Of a DNA stretch of 64,000 nucleotides, positions 1 to 14,374 are shown piece after piece. Each line of letters opens with the position of its first letter. Positions within the stretch are counted from its first letter, which is position 1. The DNA is from the human T2T-CHM13v2.0 reference genome, Homo sapiens: assembly GCF_009914755.1 (NCBI RefSeq), contig NC_060932.1. One strand, 5' to 3'. Both the position numbers and the translations under genes were made by a program. The notes under the pieces are model-generated. The model saw nothing but the letters and a program-made list of their open reading frames with translations, did no database searches and was not told the DNA's origin.

Positions 1-97
1 TGTGAAGATGCAGGCTTGGTGTGTCTACAAGTCCCCAGGAGGTGCTGAAGCTTCTGGGATGGAGACCATATTCAAAAAGCAAAACTCTCAGATTAAA

Positions 98-260
98 CCG
101 ATGGTTCCCAAACCAGGTTTTTCATCACAGGGACCTGGGCAACTTTTGAAAAATACCCTCCCGAGCCCACGCCAGACCCATCCTATCGGAATCTCTGAAA
201 GCAGAGCCCTAGAATGGGATTTCTAGACGCACTCCAGACAATTCTGGAGGCACTCTCCCA
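98..260. mobile_element. MER5-like hAT-Charlie relic
   Basis: Degenerate gatggttcccaaac...cctgggcaacttttgaaaaata...gaatctctg...caattctg pattern. Confidence 0.45.
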
Positions 261-1440
261 AACACCAGCCTCTGACCTAATGCTTAGGTGAACTGCAAGG
301 TGTTACAATAACTTAATTTGAAATTCGCCCCCAGAAGTAAGCACTTTGCAGACTGTTGCTAACCTAGAGTCATTGTGACATGTTTTCATGCTTAGGCCAG
401 ACTCCAGGAACTATGCTTTCTCAATTACAGAACCAAGGCAGATGGGCAAATGATCTACAACGATCTTGTGATTTTAATGTCTTATATACGTGTACTTATA
501 CATCTCCTAAGATGATCGTAGTAGTTTCCAGAAACCCAAATTAAGACATTTTACTGCAACAAGATTTAAAAACTAGGGCTTTGACGTCTATTTTATGAGA
601 AGTTCATATTTGCATAATTAGGAGTGTCCTACACTTTCTTGGGCAGCACGTGTCAGTCAACAGCTGCAAGTCATTCTGGCTCCTTGCCCAACGGAAGAGA
701 GAGCATTGCTTAAAACAGTCTCTGCCCTACCTCCAGAGAATGTGATAGAAAGCGAGTGACAGACTAAGAGCAGAGGCGAATCCCCAAATTAGATGCCCTT
801 CCAAGCTACAAAGACACTTTAACAACTTTTCCAAAAGATCAGAGCAGAGCATCACAGAGATGAGCTGAGCCACCTGCAGACACAGTTTCTCCAATGTGAC
901 CAAGAAACGACATCTGGGTCTTCCTGATGGAAGATGCACACAGGCTGCTGAGAAAACTCTGGAGATGCCTCTGACAGGAACAAGAAGTTCCAGAAGGCAG
1001 AGTCTTCCCTCCTCCCCAGGCTGCCTCGTGGGCAGAGATGTGCTGTGTCTTCAGGCCCACATGTTCCCCCAAAGAAATGCTCCCTTTATTTGAGAAGACA
1101 AGTGAATGTTGCTCAGGTTGGGGGCAGGGGTTATGGGTTCAGCTTGATCCTAAGTGCCATCAGGCAGGGCCAGGTGTGTTTGGTTCCCCCCATCTCCCCA
1201 GCACCCCCTACCATGCCTCACTCACAGCACCCACTCGGGACACTTGCTGACTGACTGACCAGCTATGTAGTGAGATGCTTTTAAACTCTGGAAGTGCCTT
1301 AGCTGATATGCTGCCCAGCTACCTTGGATTAACCGAGAGGGCAGAAGGCTGAGTGATGATGTCAGGCAAGGTGTTTGGTTAGTTTTCCACATTCTTCTGG
1401 AGTTAGGTCTTCACAGTGAGGTGTAGTTTTTGTGTGATGT

Positions 1441-1965
1441 CGTATTAAGCAAGCCTTTTTATTCTGAGGCTTGGCCATATTGGGGACTTGTTGACGCTGG
1501 AGGGACTGCCCCACCCAGGGTTAGCCAATTCTTAGTGGAAGCAAAGAGCTCTTCTGTGAGCATGCCTTTGACATGCGAACCAAGCCACCCAGACCCCACC
1601 TCCCAACCACCTCCTTTGTGGGGCTCCTGCACTCTGGGCCACCATCACTGCAAGGCTACGTTCCAGGCAACTAGGAGCAGCCTTTATGCCCCAGAGCCCA
1701 CTGAAAGGATTCACACTAGCCAATCCTGAGCCTGCTCACCTGCCTCACCTATTCTTTCCTGCAGAAGTCACAGTAAAGGCTATTACCCACACTTCTCCTC
1801 TCTACCTTTGCCTCCTGGTCAACCCCAGTGCTTCTCCATGTGTCCCCCACTCCCACCATCACGTGGTGTGGCATGCCTTGCCCCTTCTCTTGGGAACTGT
1901 GAGTAACAAACTATCTTTTCAATGGCAGTTGCCTTCTGAATCATGTTGAAACCTACATTTCACAA
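1441..1965 (+). mobile_element. ERVL-class solo LTR, MER74-like
   Basis: ggagggactgccccacccagggttagccaattc...catgcctttgacatgcgaaccaa...gggaactgtgagtaacaaact resembles the recalled MER74 consensus. Confidence 0.65.
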
Positions 1966-2174
1966 TAGACATATTGTCAAGTTCCAGGACACCAGATATT
2001 TATGTTTAAGTGTAGGTCCCAGGACCATTTCCATTATCTAGAAGGAATATTTCCTAGGGATAATAAATAGCATAGCTTATTGAAACGGATTAGGGGCCAG
2101 TGTCGATCAGAGTTCAATCAGAGAAGCAGAGGCACTAGCATACACATCTCACTAGATACACCACCAGGGTACTT

Positions 2175-2583
2175 GTATGGCAAGCAGCCTTGTAAGAGAG
2201 CAATAGGGTTTCCATCAGCAGCAAAGGGCAGGCTTGTTTACTGTCTAAAATGATAAAGATATCGTCTCCCTCCAGAGCAAAGTTCATACAAGCTTACTGC
2301 CCAATATAAAAGGCTTGGGCTTCCAAAGCTTGAGCTTCTTCTCTAGGAAAGTCACCCACTGCCTCTGGAGATAACACCTGGCTCTTGTCACATTAGCCTG
2401 CAGGAATTGGGACTGGGGAGATGAACACAAATGCTGACACTTGGTTACTGCTATTGCTATGAGTAATGAAGTCCTTTGTCTCTGCCTCTGTTGTGTCTTC
2501 TGCCAGCAACCTTGAAAGTGTGGCAGGCTAACTTGTTAGACTGCAAGTAGGGTGAAATCTCAAACCTTTCCCAGCTCTTGATA
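2175..2583 (+). mobile_element. Old ERVL-type LTR (subfamily uncertain)
   Basis: TATA-like aatataaaagg, agtaatgaagtcctttgtctctg, and terminal ggcaggctaacttgttag...gcaagtagggtgaaatctca...ttgata. Confidence 0.5.
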
Positions 2584-2822
2584 TTTCCTAACCAACACCA
2601 GTCTCATGGGTCAGGAAGGAAAGGGGCTTGTTCCTCTCTCTGTCACTGGTCAGTGATAATGGCCTCCTTAAGGGATCACTCTACATCCACCTCTGGAGGG
2701 ACAGACATCAGGAGTCCAAGCCAGGATGCTCATACAAAGGAAGAGTTGCTGATGAATGAGCCATGCAGGTCTCACTATCAGCAAAACCAGGCAAAACATG
2801 CAACTCCTTTTGGGAAAGCCCC

Positions 2823-3206
2823 TGTGTTCGTCTGCTGAGGCTGCCATAACAAAATGCTATAGACTGTATAACTTAACAGAAATGTATTTTCTCACAGCTC
2901 TGGAGCCTGGAAGTTCCACATTAAGGTGCCAGCAGATTTGGCTCCTGGTGAGGGCTCTCTTTCTGGCTTACAGACAGCCACCTTCTTGCGCCATCCTCAC
3001 ATGGCCTTTCCTTTGTGGGTAAGTGGAGAGAGAGCCCTCTCATATCTTTTACTCTTCTGGTAAGGACACCAGCCCCATCAGATTAGCGCCTCACTCTTTT
3101 TAAACCTTAAATCACTACTCTAAACGTTCTATCTCCAAACACAGTCACATTAGAGGTTAGTGTTTCAACATATGAATTTGGGAGGGGACCCAATTCAGTC
3201 CATGGA
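2823..3206 (-). mobile_element. MaLR LTR (MLT1A/MSTD-like)
   Basis: gctgccataacaaaat...ttctcacagctctggag...aaggtgccagcagatttgg...aacatatgaatttggg...attcagtccat. Confidence 0.8.
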
Positions 3207-3212
3207 AGCCCC

Positions 3213-4283
3213 TATCTGGGGAACTCACTCCCAATATTTCAATGTAAGTTATTTCTATTTTCCATAAGTGTTGGCCAGCTGAGAAATAAAGAGAAAGAGT
3301 ACAAAGAGGAATTTTACAGCTGGGCCACCAGGGGAGCCATCACGTATCGGTAGGACCGTGATGCCCACCTGAGCCTCAAACCAGCAAGTTTTTTATTAAG
3401 GGTTTCAAAAGGGGAGGGAGGGGGTGTCATAACAGAGAGTAGGTACAAAGATCACATGCTTCAAAGGGCAAAAAGCAGAACAAAGATCACATGCTTCTGA
3501 GGGAACAGGACAAAACGGCAAAAGCAGGACTACTGATAAGGCTCCAACAAAGATCACAAGGCAAAGGGCAAAAGCAGAACTACTGATAAGGGTCTATGTT
3601 CAGCGGTGCATGTATTGTCTTGATAAACATCTTAAACAACAGAAAACAGGGTTCAAGAGCAGAGAACCGGTCTGACCACAAATTTACCAGGATGGAATTT
3701 TTCCCCACCCTAGTAAGCCTTTGGGTACTGCAGGAGACCAGGGCATATCTCAGTCCTTATCTCAACCACATAAGACAGACATTCCCAGAGTGGCCTTTTA
3801 CAGACCTCTCCCCAGGAATGTATTCCTTCCCCAGGGTATTAATATTAATATTCCTTGCTAGGAAAAGAATTTAGCGATATCTCTCCTACTTGCACATCCA
3901 TTTATAGGCTGTCTGCAAGAAGAAAAATATGGCTCTTTTTGCCCAGCCCTGCAGGCAGTCAGACCTTATAGTTGTCTTCCCTTGTTCCCTAAAAATCGTG
4001 GTTATTCTGTCCTTTTGCAAGGTGCACTGATTTCATATTGTTCAAACACACATGTTTTACAATCAATTTGTACAGTTAACACAATTATCACAGTGGTCCT
4101 GAGGTGACGTACATCCTCAGTTTATGAAGGTAACAGGATTAAGATACAAGTAAAGACAGGCATAAGAAATTATAAAAGTATTATTTGGGAACTGATAAAT
4201 GTCCATGAAATTGTCACAATTTATATTCCTCTGCCACGGCTCCAGCCAATCCCTCCGTTCGGGGTCCCTGACTTCCTGCAATA
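3213..4283 (-). mobile_element. MER11 (HERV-K11/HML-8) full-length solo LTR, about 1.07 kb, probably MER11C
   Basis: The - strand starts TATTGCAGGAAGTCAGGGACCCCGAACGGAGGGA and ends GAAATATTGGGAGTGAGTTCCCCAGATA. Near-identical flanks agcccc/aggccc (TSD with 1 mismatch). Confidence 0.9.
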
Positions 4284-4880
4284 AGGCCCCAAATAGCTGT
4301 GAGTGAATTCAATCCCATTCACACTCAACTTAAAAATGTGATCATATATCTTCAACCATCTGCTTGAGGGAGGAGGAGCAAAAGGCAAGTTCTGAAGAAG
4401 ACAAAATGGAGAGAAGGACTTAACAAAGTGCAAGTAGCCCTTTGGCTTCCCAGGCAGGTTTCTCACAATTTTCTCCATGGTCTTTTGCTGCTCAAGTCAA
4501 CATCTCATGCCATGGTGTTTTCCTGTGGAAAGCTGTTGCCCACTTTGTACCTTAGAGGAAGTGTGTGAAGAGCAGGTCATCCAAGCTCCATTCACATCAT
4601 CATGTGGAGAAGGTACATAGAGGAAGTGGCCAAGATGGGGGAAGAGCTCTGAGGCAGAGCTGGTGGGAGTCAGAGCTCCAGCAGAAGCTGCTTGGAGTGG
4701 AATATGGGGGTCCTTGTTACCAAGCCAGGGAGTCACGAACATTTGTGTGGGATGCTGAGCAGGAAAGCAGCATGCTCAGACTTGTGTTCGAGGAAGATTG
4801 TGGTAGAAGTACCATGCAGCTGGACCAGAGGGTGAGGAAAAAGGCACAGAGAGAAGTTAGGAGTCTAACACAATAGCTCA

Positions 4881-5733
<853 letters not shown>

Positions 5734-7272
5734 TTAGTGCTCCAAAACTTGTGAGAGGGAGGCAGGTGAGAAAAGGGGGACTCGGGATGCAGCATTAACA
5801 CCAGCAAATGCAAGGCTCATGAGACTGGAGAGAACCTCAGACACCATACCGAAATCTTTGGTTAGCTGGCTCCAGTCTTGCTTGGAGATGGGGTCAGCAA
5901 GGTCCTTCAGAATGCCAGTGAACACAGGTCTCTAAGTAGCTCCCATCGCGGGCTCCAAGTCCTGTAGAAGAGAAGTCAGCAAGGTCAATGCATGAAGCCC
6001 CTTGGTGCATATCTGAGATATTTTCTCTACTATGGTAGCAAAGATGTAGTGCATCTGTACTTTCCAATATATATCTACGACTTTTGGTACATTCGACAGA
6101 CATCTGTTCCGTGCTCTTAAGCACCTGCCAGCCATGGAGTTTCAGATGCATTTCTTAGATAAGCGAGCTTCTTTCCCATTGCAAATCACAGAGTGACAAA
6201 AGCACAGATCCTTGCTAGGGCTGCAGGCTGCTGGCAGTGTCACCCAAAGGCTGCTTTCTAAGGAAAACATTCTGCTGGGGTTTTTTTTTTGGACAACACG
6301 GTTTCATGTGCTCATTTATTTCACACCCATGTTTTAAAAATTATTCTTTTCGGCTGGAAATATATCTTCACCCATGATAATAGATGGAAATTGTGAGCTG
6401 CTTACAGTTCCCAAGTGACATTAGCATATGTAGTGAGTTTCTTCTTGAATCCCACCCCTCCTCGCCTTTTTGCTTTTCCATCTTTTTCTGGTTCTTAGGA
6501 GGAAATTTTTAAAAGAACACACTGCCTGGATGATATATCTCATACTCACCTTCCTTCCTCCAACCTTCTTACTGGAGAAGGTGGAGAAGCTTCAGATTCC
6601 AGTCCTTCAACTTTATTTTCGGCCTGTAGGAGCATCCTATTCACACCTGTGCCCTCCTCCCCCTTTTCCTGACTTTGCCTAGCCAGCCCATACCTTCTCC
6701 TGCCTGGACAATTACAATGTCCTTACCTTCTCCAAGAGGCCCTGCAATCTTCAGTGTTTCCTTATAATCCATCATCCACACTGCAAACAGAGGTATCTCT
6801 CTAAAATTGTAAACTGGGTTGTGTTAAATTCTACTTCATGCTTCGGTGATCCTGTTACCTACAGAATACATCCAACCTCCTTACCACCATACTCATCTCT
6901 CACCCTCCTGCCATTTTACTCCAATACTGCATGTGATTTCAAGTCATTCTGCTGAGGCACATGGTTCTTTTCTCTTCCCCAAATACCCTTTTCTTCCTTG
7001 TCCAGCTGGCCCACCCCCAGTCACTCTTTGGGTCATGGCTCAAGCGTTGCTTACTCTTGGAAACATCTCAGCCCTCCTAAGCTGAACTGATCACTTCATC
7101 AGAGGCTCCTAGACAAACCCTGGCATGTGCCCCTGCGTGTCTCCAATGTCTGCCGCCTTGATGTCACCTGCTTGACCAAGTACCTGGCTACAAGGGCTGA
7201 CATTCCTCTTCTTTGCAACTCCAGCATGAGCCCAGTGTTTGGCTCAAAGTAGACTCTTTTAAAATATATTGA

Positions 7273-7596
7273 GGCCAGGTGCAGTGGCTCATATGTGTAA
7301 TGTCAGCACTTTGGAAGGCTGAGGTGGGAGGATAGCTTGGGTCAAGGAGTTCAAGACCAGCCTGGGCAACATAGTGAAACCTTGTCTCTACAAAAAATAA
7401 AAAAAATCAGCCAAGCATGATGGCACATGCCTGTAGTCCCAGCTACTCAGGAGGCTGAGATGAGATTATCGCATGAGCCCAGAGTAGTTCATGATTGCAG
7501 TGAACTGTGACCATACCACTGTATTCCAGCCTGTACTCCTGGGTGCCAGAGTGAGACTCTGTCCCCCAAAAAATAAATAAATAAAAATAAAATAAA
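7273..7596 (+). mobile_element. AluJ with (AAAT)n tail
   Basis: Diverged Alu dimer with gggaggatagcttg...cagcctgggcaacatag. Confidence 0.88.
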
Positions 7597-7934
7597 CTAT
7601 TTGAATGAAAAAGATACATTGAAATGGTTTAGGTGGCTGATGGCAGTCGTAGGTCCTACTCTCTGTGTTTATTGGAAGGGTCACTCCAATTAAACAAATA
7701 TTGATGGACCACTCATTCTGTGCCAGGTTCTCTCTGAGTACTGAAGGTACCCAGATGAACAAAACATCATTCCTTCACTGAGTGAGCACACACCTGAGCA
7801 GTGAAGACCAGCAAGGAATATCAATAGCACAAAACGATAGCTGCTATACTTATAGGAGCAGAATACCATGCCAAAGGCTCCCGAGCATAGCTGCACATCC
7901 AAATCTAGGAGTTTTAAAAAAATGTATGTCTTGA

Positions 7935-8450
7935 TCTTATTGTTTATGTATTACTGCTTCACAAATTACTCCAAAACTTAGCAGCTTGAATCACAAACCT
8001 TTATTATATCACGACGTTGTTGTGGGTCTAGAGTGTGGCAGCAGTTTTCCTAGGTGGTGTTAGTATTGACACTGGGATTTCTCATGAGATTGCAGTCAAG
8101 ATGTCAGTAGGGGCTTCTGTTATCTGAAGTCTTGACTGGGGCTGGAGCCTCTCACATAGCTGGCGAGGTGGTGCTGGCTGTTGGCAGGAGACCTCAGTTC
8201 CTCACCACGCGGACCTTTCTATAAAGCTTCTTGTGTGTCCTCATGATATGGTGGCTTTCCTCAGAGAGAGAGAGAGAGCAAGATAGAAGCCAAAATGCCA
8301 TATATGGCCTAGATCCAGAAGTCACATTGCATTGTTTCCACAATATCCTACTGGTTACACAGGGCAGCTCTATTTGGTGAGTGAGATGGCTACACAAGAT
8401 TGTGGATACTAGGAAGTAAAGATCAGAGGGAGCCATTGGAGGCCGGCTAC
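7935..8450 (-). mobile_element. MLT1F-like MaLR LTR
   Basis: caaattactccaaaacttagcagctt...tctgaagtcttgactggggctgga...gaagtcacattgc...ggaggccggctaca. Confidence 0.75.
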
Positions 8451-8677
8451 AGCCTGACTCTTACCCCAGGGAATGAATTCAGTGTGCCTGGGTAGGGCCC
8501 AAGGTTCTGCTTATTTTGCCTTTTCTTTTCATTATCGTGGCTTTTTAACTTTTTATTGAAATATAATATACATACAGAAAAGTATACAAGTCACAAGTGT
8601 TATCACAAGGTGCATAATTTTTTACAAAAGACACACACCCATGGAATCTATACCCAGATCAAGAAACAGAGCATTGT

Positions 8678-8975
<298 letters not shown>

Positions 8976-9804
8976 ACATTGCCAGCTGCCACCTCTTCAG
9001 GGGCCCTCATTACACTCTCTTCCAATCACTAAACTCTCAAGAGTATGTCTTCATGACTTCTAACAACCTAGAATCATTTGTCTATTTCAAAACTTTATAA
9101 ACATGGAATCATATAATAGGTACTTATTTGTATCTGGCTTCTTTTCACTTGACATTATGCTCATAAGAGTTTTCTGTATTATTATGTGTGGCTGTTTTTA
9201 TTAATTCTCATTCCTACATAGCAGCCCCTAGAGTTAAATACCTATTCTCCTGTGTACAAGTGTTTGGCTGCTATGCCCAATGCAGCCACGAATAGTCGTT
9301 TAAGTGTCTTCTGGTGAATATGTGTACCTTTTTATGTGGTGTATACACCTAGGAATAGAAATGCCGGGTCATTACAGCAGGCATATGTTCAGCTTTATGG
9401 AGACTGTAGAACAGGTTTTCAAAGTGGTCCTACCAATATACACTCCTATCAACAGTCGATGAGAGTTCCAGATCTCCAATACTTAGTATTTTCTGTCTTT
9501 TTGATTTTAGTCATTCTGGCTGGCATAAGGTGATATCTCATTTTGGTTTTAATTTGCATTTTCCTGATGACAAATGAAGTTAGCACATTTGCCTAGGTTT
9601 ATTGGCCATTTGGACGTCCTCTTGAAGTGACTGTTCGTGTATTTTGCCCATTTTTCTATGGAGCAGCATGTCTTTTTCTTATAGATGTGTAGGAGTTCTT
9701 TATATATTCTGTATAAGAGTTTTTGTTAGATATACATATTAAAAATATCTCCTCCCATTGTATGGGTCACCTCTGACTCTCTTAATGGTATGGCTACCAC
9801 CTTG

Positions 9805-9908
9805 TGCACCTGGGAGGCAGAGCTTGCAGTGAGCCGAGATTGCACCACTGCACTCCAGCCTGGGCGACAGAGCAAGACTCCATCTCAAAAAAAAAAAAAC
9901 AAAAAAAA
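9805..9908 (+). mobile_element. 5'-truncated AluY-like right-arm fragment
   Basis: gggaggcagagcttgcagtgagccgagattgcacc...actccatctc followed by an A tail. Confidence 0.8.
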
Positions 9909-10289
9909 TCTTTGCCTACTTCTAGGTCATGAAAATGTTTTCCCTATTTTTTTTCTAAAATCTGTGTTGTTTTACTTTTAATATTTAGATGTGCAATCCA
10001 TCTGCAATAGTTGTTTTGTTTGGTGTGAGGTAAGGATCGTGATTTTTTTTTTTGCTTCATATGGAGATCTAATTGACATGAACCCATCTATTGAAAAGAT
10101 GACCCTTCCCCACTGCACCTCCACATCACCAGTACTGTATTCAGGTGACTACATACATGTGTGTCTGCTTCTGGGCTCTCCATTCTGTTCCATTGGTCTA
10201 CTTGTCTGTCGTTGCACCAGTACCATACTGTCTTAACTGTTACAGATGTACATAGGTTTTTATACTGGTGTTATAAGTCCTCCAGTTTT

Positions 10290-10728
10290 CTTGGAAACCT
10301 TTCCCTCCAAATCAGGAATGGTAAGGTTATTCAGTGTCATCCCTTCCACTCACCATTGTCCAGACAGTCCCAGGACATGCAGCAAGACAAAAGGAGAAGT
10401 GCTGCAAGAATTGGAAAGGAAGGAAGAAAACTGTCCATATTTGCAGACAACATGATTGGATAATAAGTAAATTTACTGAGGCTATCAGATACAAGGCTAA
10501 TATACAGAAAGCACATGTATTTCTATATATTAGCAAGACATGGAAAAACAGAAATTTCTAAGTAATACCATTTACAATGGCATCAAAAGCTACCAACTGG
10601 CTGTGCAAGGCCTCTCGTACACTGAGTACTACAAAAATTTATTGATAAATTGTATGGAGGGATATACTATGTTCTTGGACAGAAAGATGTAATATTTAAT
10701 GTTGTCATAATCAAAATCCCAGCAAGGT
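10290..10728 (+). mobile_element. L1 ORF2 reverse-transcriptase fragment (inverted relative to the adjacent L1)
   Basis: Translates RIGKEGRKLSIFADNMI, corresponding to L1 ORF2 IQxGKEEVKLSLFADDMI; aataccatttacaat motif. Confidence 0.8.
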
Positions 10729-10731
10729 GGG

Positions 10732-10773
<42 letters not shown>

Positions 10774-10797
10774 GTGTGTGTGTGTCTATGTGTGTAT
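10732..10797. repeat. Compound (TG)n(TA)n(TG)n microsatellite
   Basis: Directly visible. Confidence 0.95.
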
Positions 10798-11169
10798 TTG
10801 AGTCCATCAGAGATAGGAACTCTCCAAGCAGTGGTTAGAATGGAAGCACATCCTTCCGCCTAAAAATAAAGAAAAGAAAAAAGAAAAGGAAGAGCTAGCT
10901 CTGGGAGGGCATTCCATAAAAGGGAAAGTGTTGGCATAACATCATGGATGTTAGCATGTGCAGAGCACATCCTAGGAACTTAAATAGCTTGGTTGGAGCT
11001 TAGGCTGAGTGAGGGTGGTATAATGAGAGATGGGGTGGGGAATGCCAACCAACAGCCAGAATGTTAAATATTTTAAATGCCAGGGATAATTCAAATTAGA
11101 GTATGAGCTTTATCGCTGGTTCCTTGGATTGCCCACACAATCCTTTTAAGCAAGGTAATAACATGCTTT

Positions 11170-11382
11170 GCACGTGTTAATTCGTAATCTCCACGATTAT
11201 CCTGACAGGAGGTGTTATTATTATCATCCCCATTTCATAGATAGAGAATCTAAGGCAAAGAGAGGTTAAGAACTTGCGCAACCCAAGGACACAGCTCATC
11301 AGAGGGGAGACTTGGAGTTTGATCTCAGGCAGTCTGGCTCTAGCATCTCGAAATATTTTAGTCCCCACACTTTGCTGCCTCT
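11170..11382 (-). mobile_element. MIR within L2 remnants
   Basis: atccccatttcatagatagagaatctaaggcaaagagaggttaagaacttgc core. Confidence 0.8.
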
Positions 11383-11583
11383 GACTATTAAAACTTTATC
11401 AGACGGTGAACTTTGGCAACAGTATGAGGGTTGGTTTGAGGCTGTGATGAGAGAAAATATAGGCAGAGAGACTTCTTAGGAAGCAATCAGTGGCAAGTTT
11501 CTGAAATCGAGCAATGCCATTGGGAATGGAGAAGCAGGGATAGAGCTGACCAATGTCACTGAGCTGAGATGACAGATTTGCTA

Positions 11584-11934
<351 letters not shown>

Positions 11935-13844
11935 TTACACTTAGCGTTGTAGGTATGGAGGCCCTTGCTGTGGGTGTGGGAAAACAGGGTTTTCTATGAC
12001 AACAGTGCAATAGCTCAAGTGTATATAGTTCTGTTCCCAAAAAGTCCCTAAGTCGTTTCCAAACCATAGCTTCAGCCTCACTTTCTTTAATGCTCAGGGC
12101 TCCATTCCTTCTTCTTTTCTTTGTCTCCGATTCATGTCCCATATAGAACAGTTCAGTAATTTATTTTTTGGTCTTAGCAAGGCTAATCCTTGCCCTCTGG
12201 ACATCACTGTCCACACCAAGAGGCTTATCCAAGAAAGTTCACCTCCAAGAGGAACTATAGCACCAGGTGTTAGGATAATACATTTGCTGCTCCATCATAG
12301 CACGAAGGTCTTTCATTACTTCCTACATTTAACTTCAAAGGGTCCACCTTCCACCCTGAAGCCTCCCTCTGGTGTCTTCAACTGTGGGGTGTTATAGTCA
12401 TGTGTCGACTCTGTGTTTTCATTTGTAAACTGAAACTTTAATCCAGCTCTCTTAAATGTTAGAACGAGTTGAAAAATCGCTTAGGGAGCTTGTAGAAATG
12501 CAGGGTCCTGGACTTCCCTCCTAAAAATAGTCCTTTTTACTATGCCTGGAGTAGGATCAAGATAGCTCTCTTTTTGACGATTTTTAAACCCCAGCCTCTG
12601 TTCCAGATGGTTGTGAGGAAGGTGGTTCTCACACCACACTGAGAGGCATTGCTGTAGTGGGTGGTGGGGATGCTTCCACCTCCCGTGCAGTAAGCCCTTT
12701 CCAACCCCCTGAGTGAGGGCCTGGATAAGCACTTGACATAGTGGCTCATTCTGCCAGCAACTCAGTGAAAGAGACGCTATTATTAGCCCATTTCACAGGG
12801 AGGAGAGAGTGGCTCAGAACGATCAACCTGGTCCAGGTTTCACCGCTAGTTCATTGATTCACTCACTCATTTATGCTCCATCATATGCTAGACCCTATCC
12901 TGGGGGCCAGTAGGTGTCAGAGGAAAGGTATGAACTTAGAACTCCAAACCTACATTCTTTACCACCATGGCATAATGTCTTCCTGAAGCATTGTGATGTG
13001 GAGGCCTTGTGTGACCGGGCAAAGGATGTAGGAAATAGGGAGGCCCCATCTGGCTGACCTGTGCTGGCTCCCAGGGAGGTACTGGGGGGCCTGTGGACCT
13101 GCAGAGGGCATCCACGGCCAAGCATACACTCTGCAGGTGGAAGGTGTGGGGCCACTGGGACCAAGGAAGGCACCGCGACATCAGGAGAGGAAGAAACAGA
13201 ACCCACCCGAGCTGGGGGTGCTGAGATTGAAGGAGAGAGTGGAGGTAATGTTAGAGCCATCTACTTTCCCCCAAATTCCTCTTTCTTTCCGGCTCTTCCT
13301 TCCCGAGTCCTCTCTGCCTCCTTCTATTCATCTTCCTTGTTCCTTCTTCAGCCTCTCCTTCTCACTCTTCCTTCTCTCTTGATCATCTCTTCTCTCCCTC
13401 TCTGGCTACCTGTCCTGGGAGGTCTGAATCGCTGTGGTAACAGCTGTATCTCCCAGCCCCTGCAGCTCTCCTGCAACTCCCCTCCCCACTGCTGGGGACA
13501 TTTTAGGACTCTCTCAGGTCACCCCTGAGTCCCTGGACCAATCATGACAGAAGACAATGCCAACCCTCACCTGAGCCCAACTTGTGTTTGAAGGACCAGG
13601 CAGGGAGCTAAGAAGTACAGAGGGAAACGAGGTCTGTGTCTCCAAGACCCCATGGACACAAAATGCAGAGGGTGGGGATGGGTCATGGTATAAAGTGGGA
13701 AAATGGTATGAGATAGGTACGAAGGATTCCACCCAAATGTCCTCATATCCCGCCAGGTTTTCTACGTCCTGACTGTCATTGCCTTGGTCCATTGTTCATC
13801 TGGACCGTTGTCCACCTGGATTCCTGCAGAGACCTCCTTTAGAC

Positions 13845-14015
13845 CCTGGGTGTGCATCAGTATCCCTGGAGGGCTTGTCAAACATAGATTTGCTGGTGCC
13901 ACCACCAGCATTTCAGATCCAGTAGGTCTGGGGTGGGGCCTGATCATTCACACTTCTAATAATTCCAGGTGTGGCTGCTGCCCCTGGCCCAAGCACCACA
14001 ATTAGAGAATCTCTG
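13845..14015. mobile_element. MER5A
   Basis: gtgcatcagtatccctggagggcttgtcaaaca...cagtaggtctggggtggggcctga. Confidence 0.75.
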
Positions 14016-14066
14016 TTCCAACTGATCTTAGACCCAGCTCTCACCATTCTAGCCACTACATTATAA

Positions 14067-14374
<308 letters not shown>

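Noticed and set aside
3322-3340. CTCF-like motifs (ccaccaggggagc; also gcactagagggtcc at about 28658)
   Set aside because: Mismatches at core positions; unsupported without ChIP data.
10161-10463. ORF with an RT-like FADNMI motif
   Set aside because: Decayed L1 ORF2 fragment; the catalytic DD is mutated and the frame is broken.
13061-13528. 155-aa ORF with a hydrophobic Leu/Ser stretch
   Set aside because: The hydrophobicity comes from a CT-rich low-complexity tract (about 13260-13400); no AUG start or family similarity.
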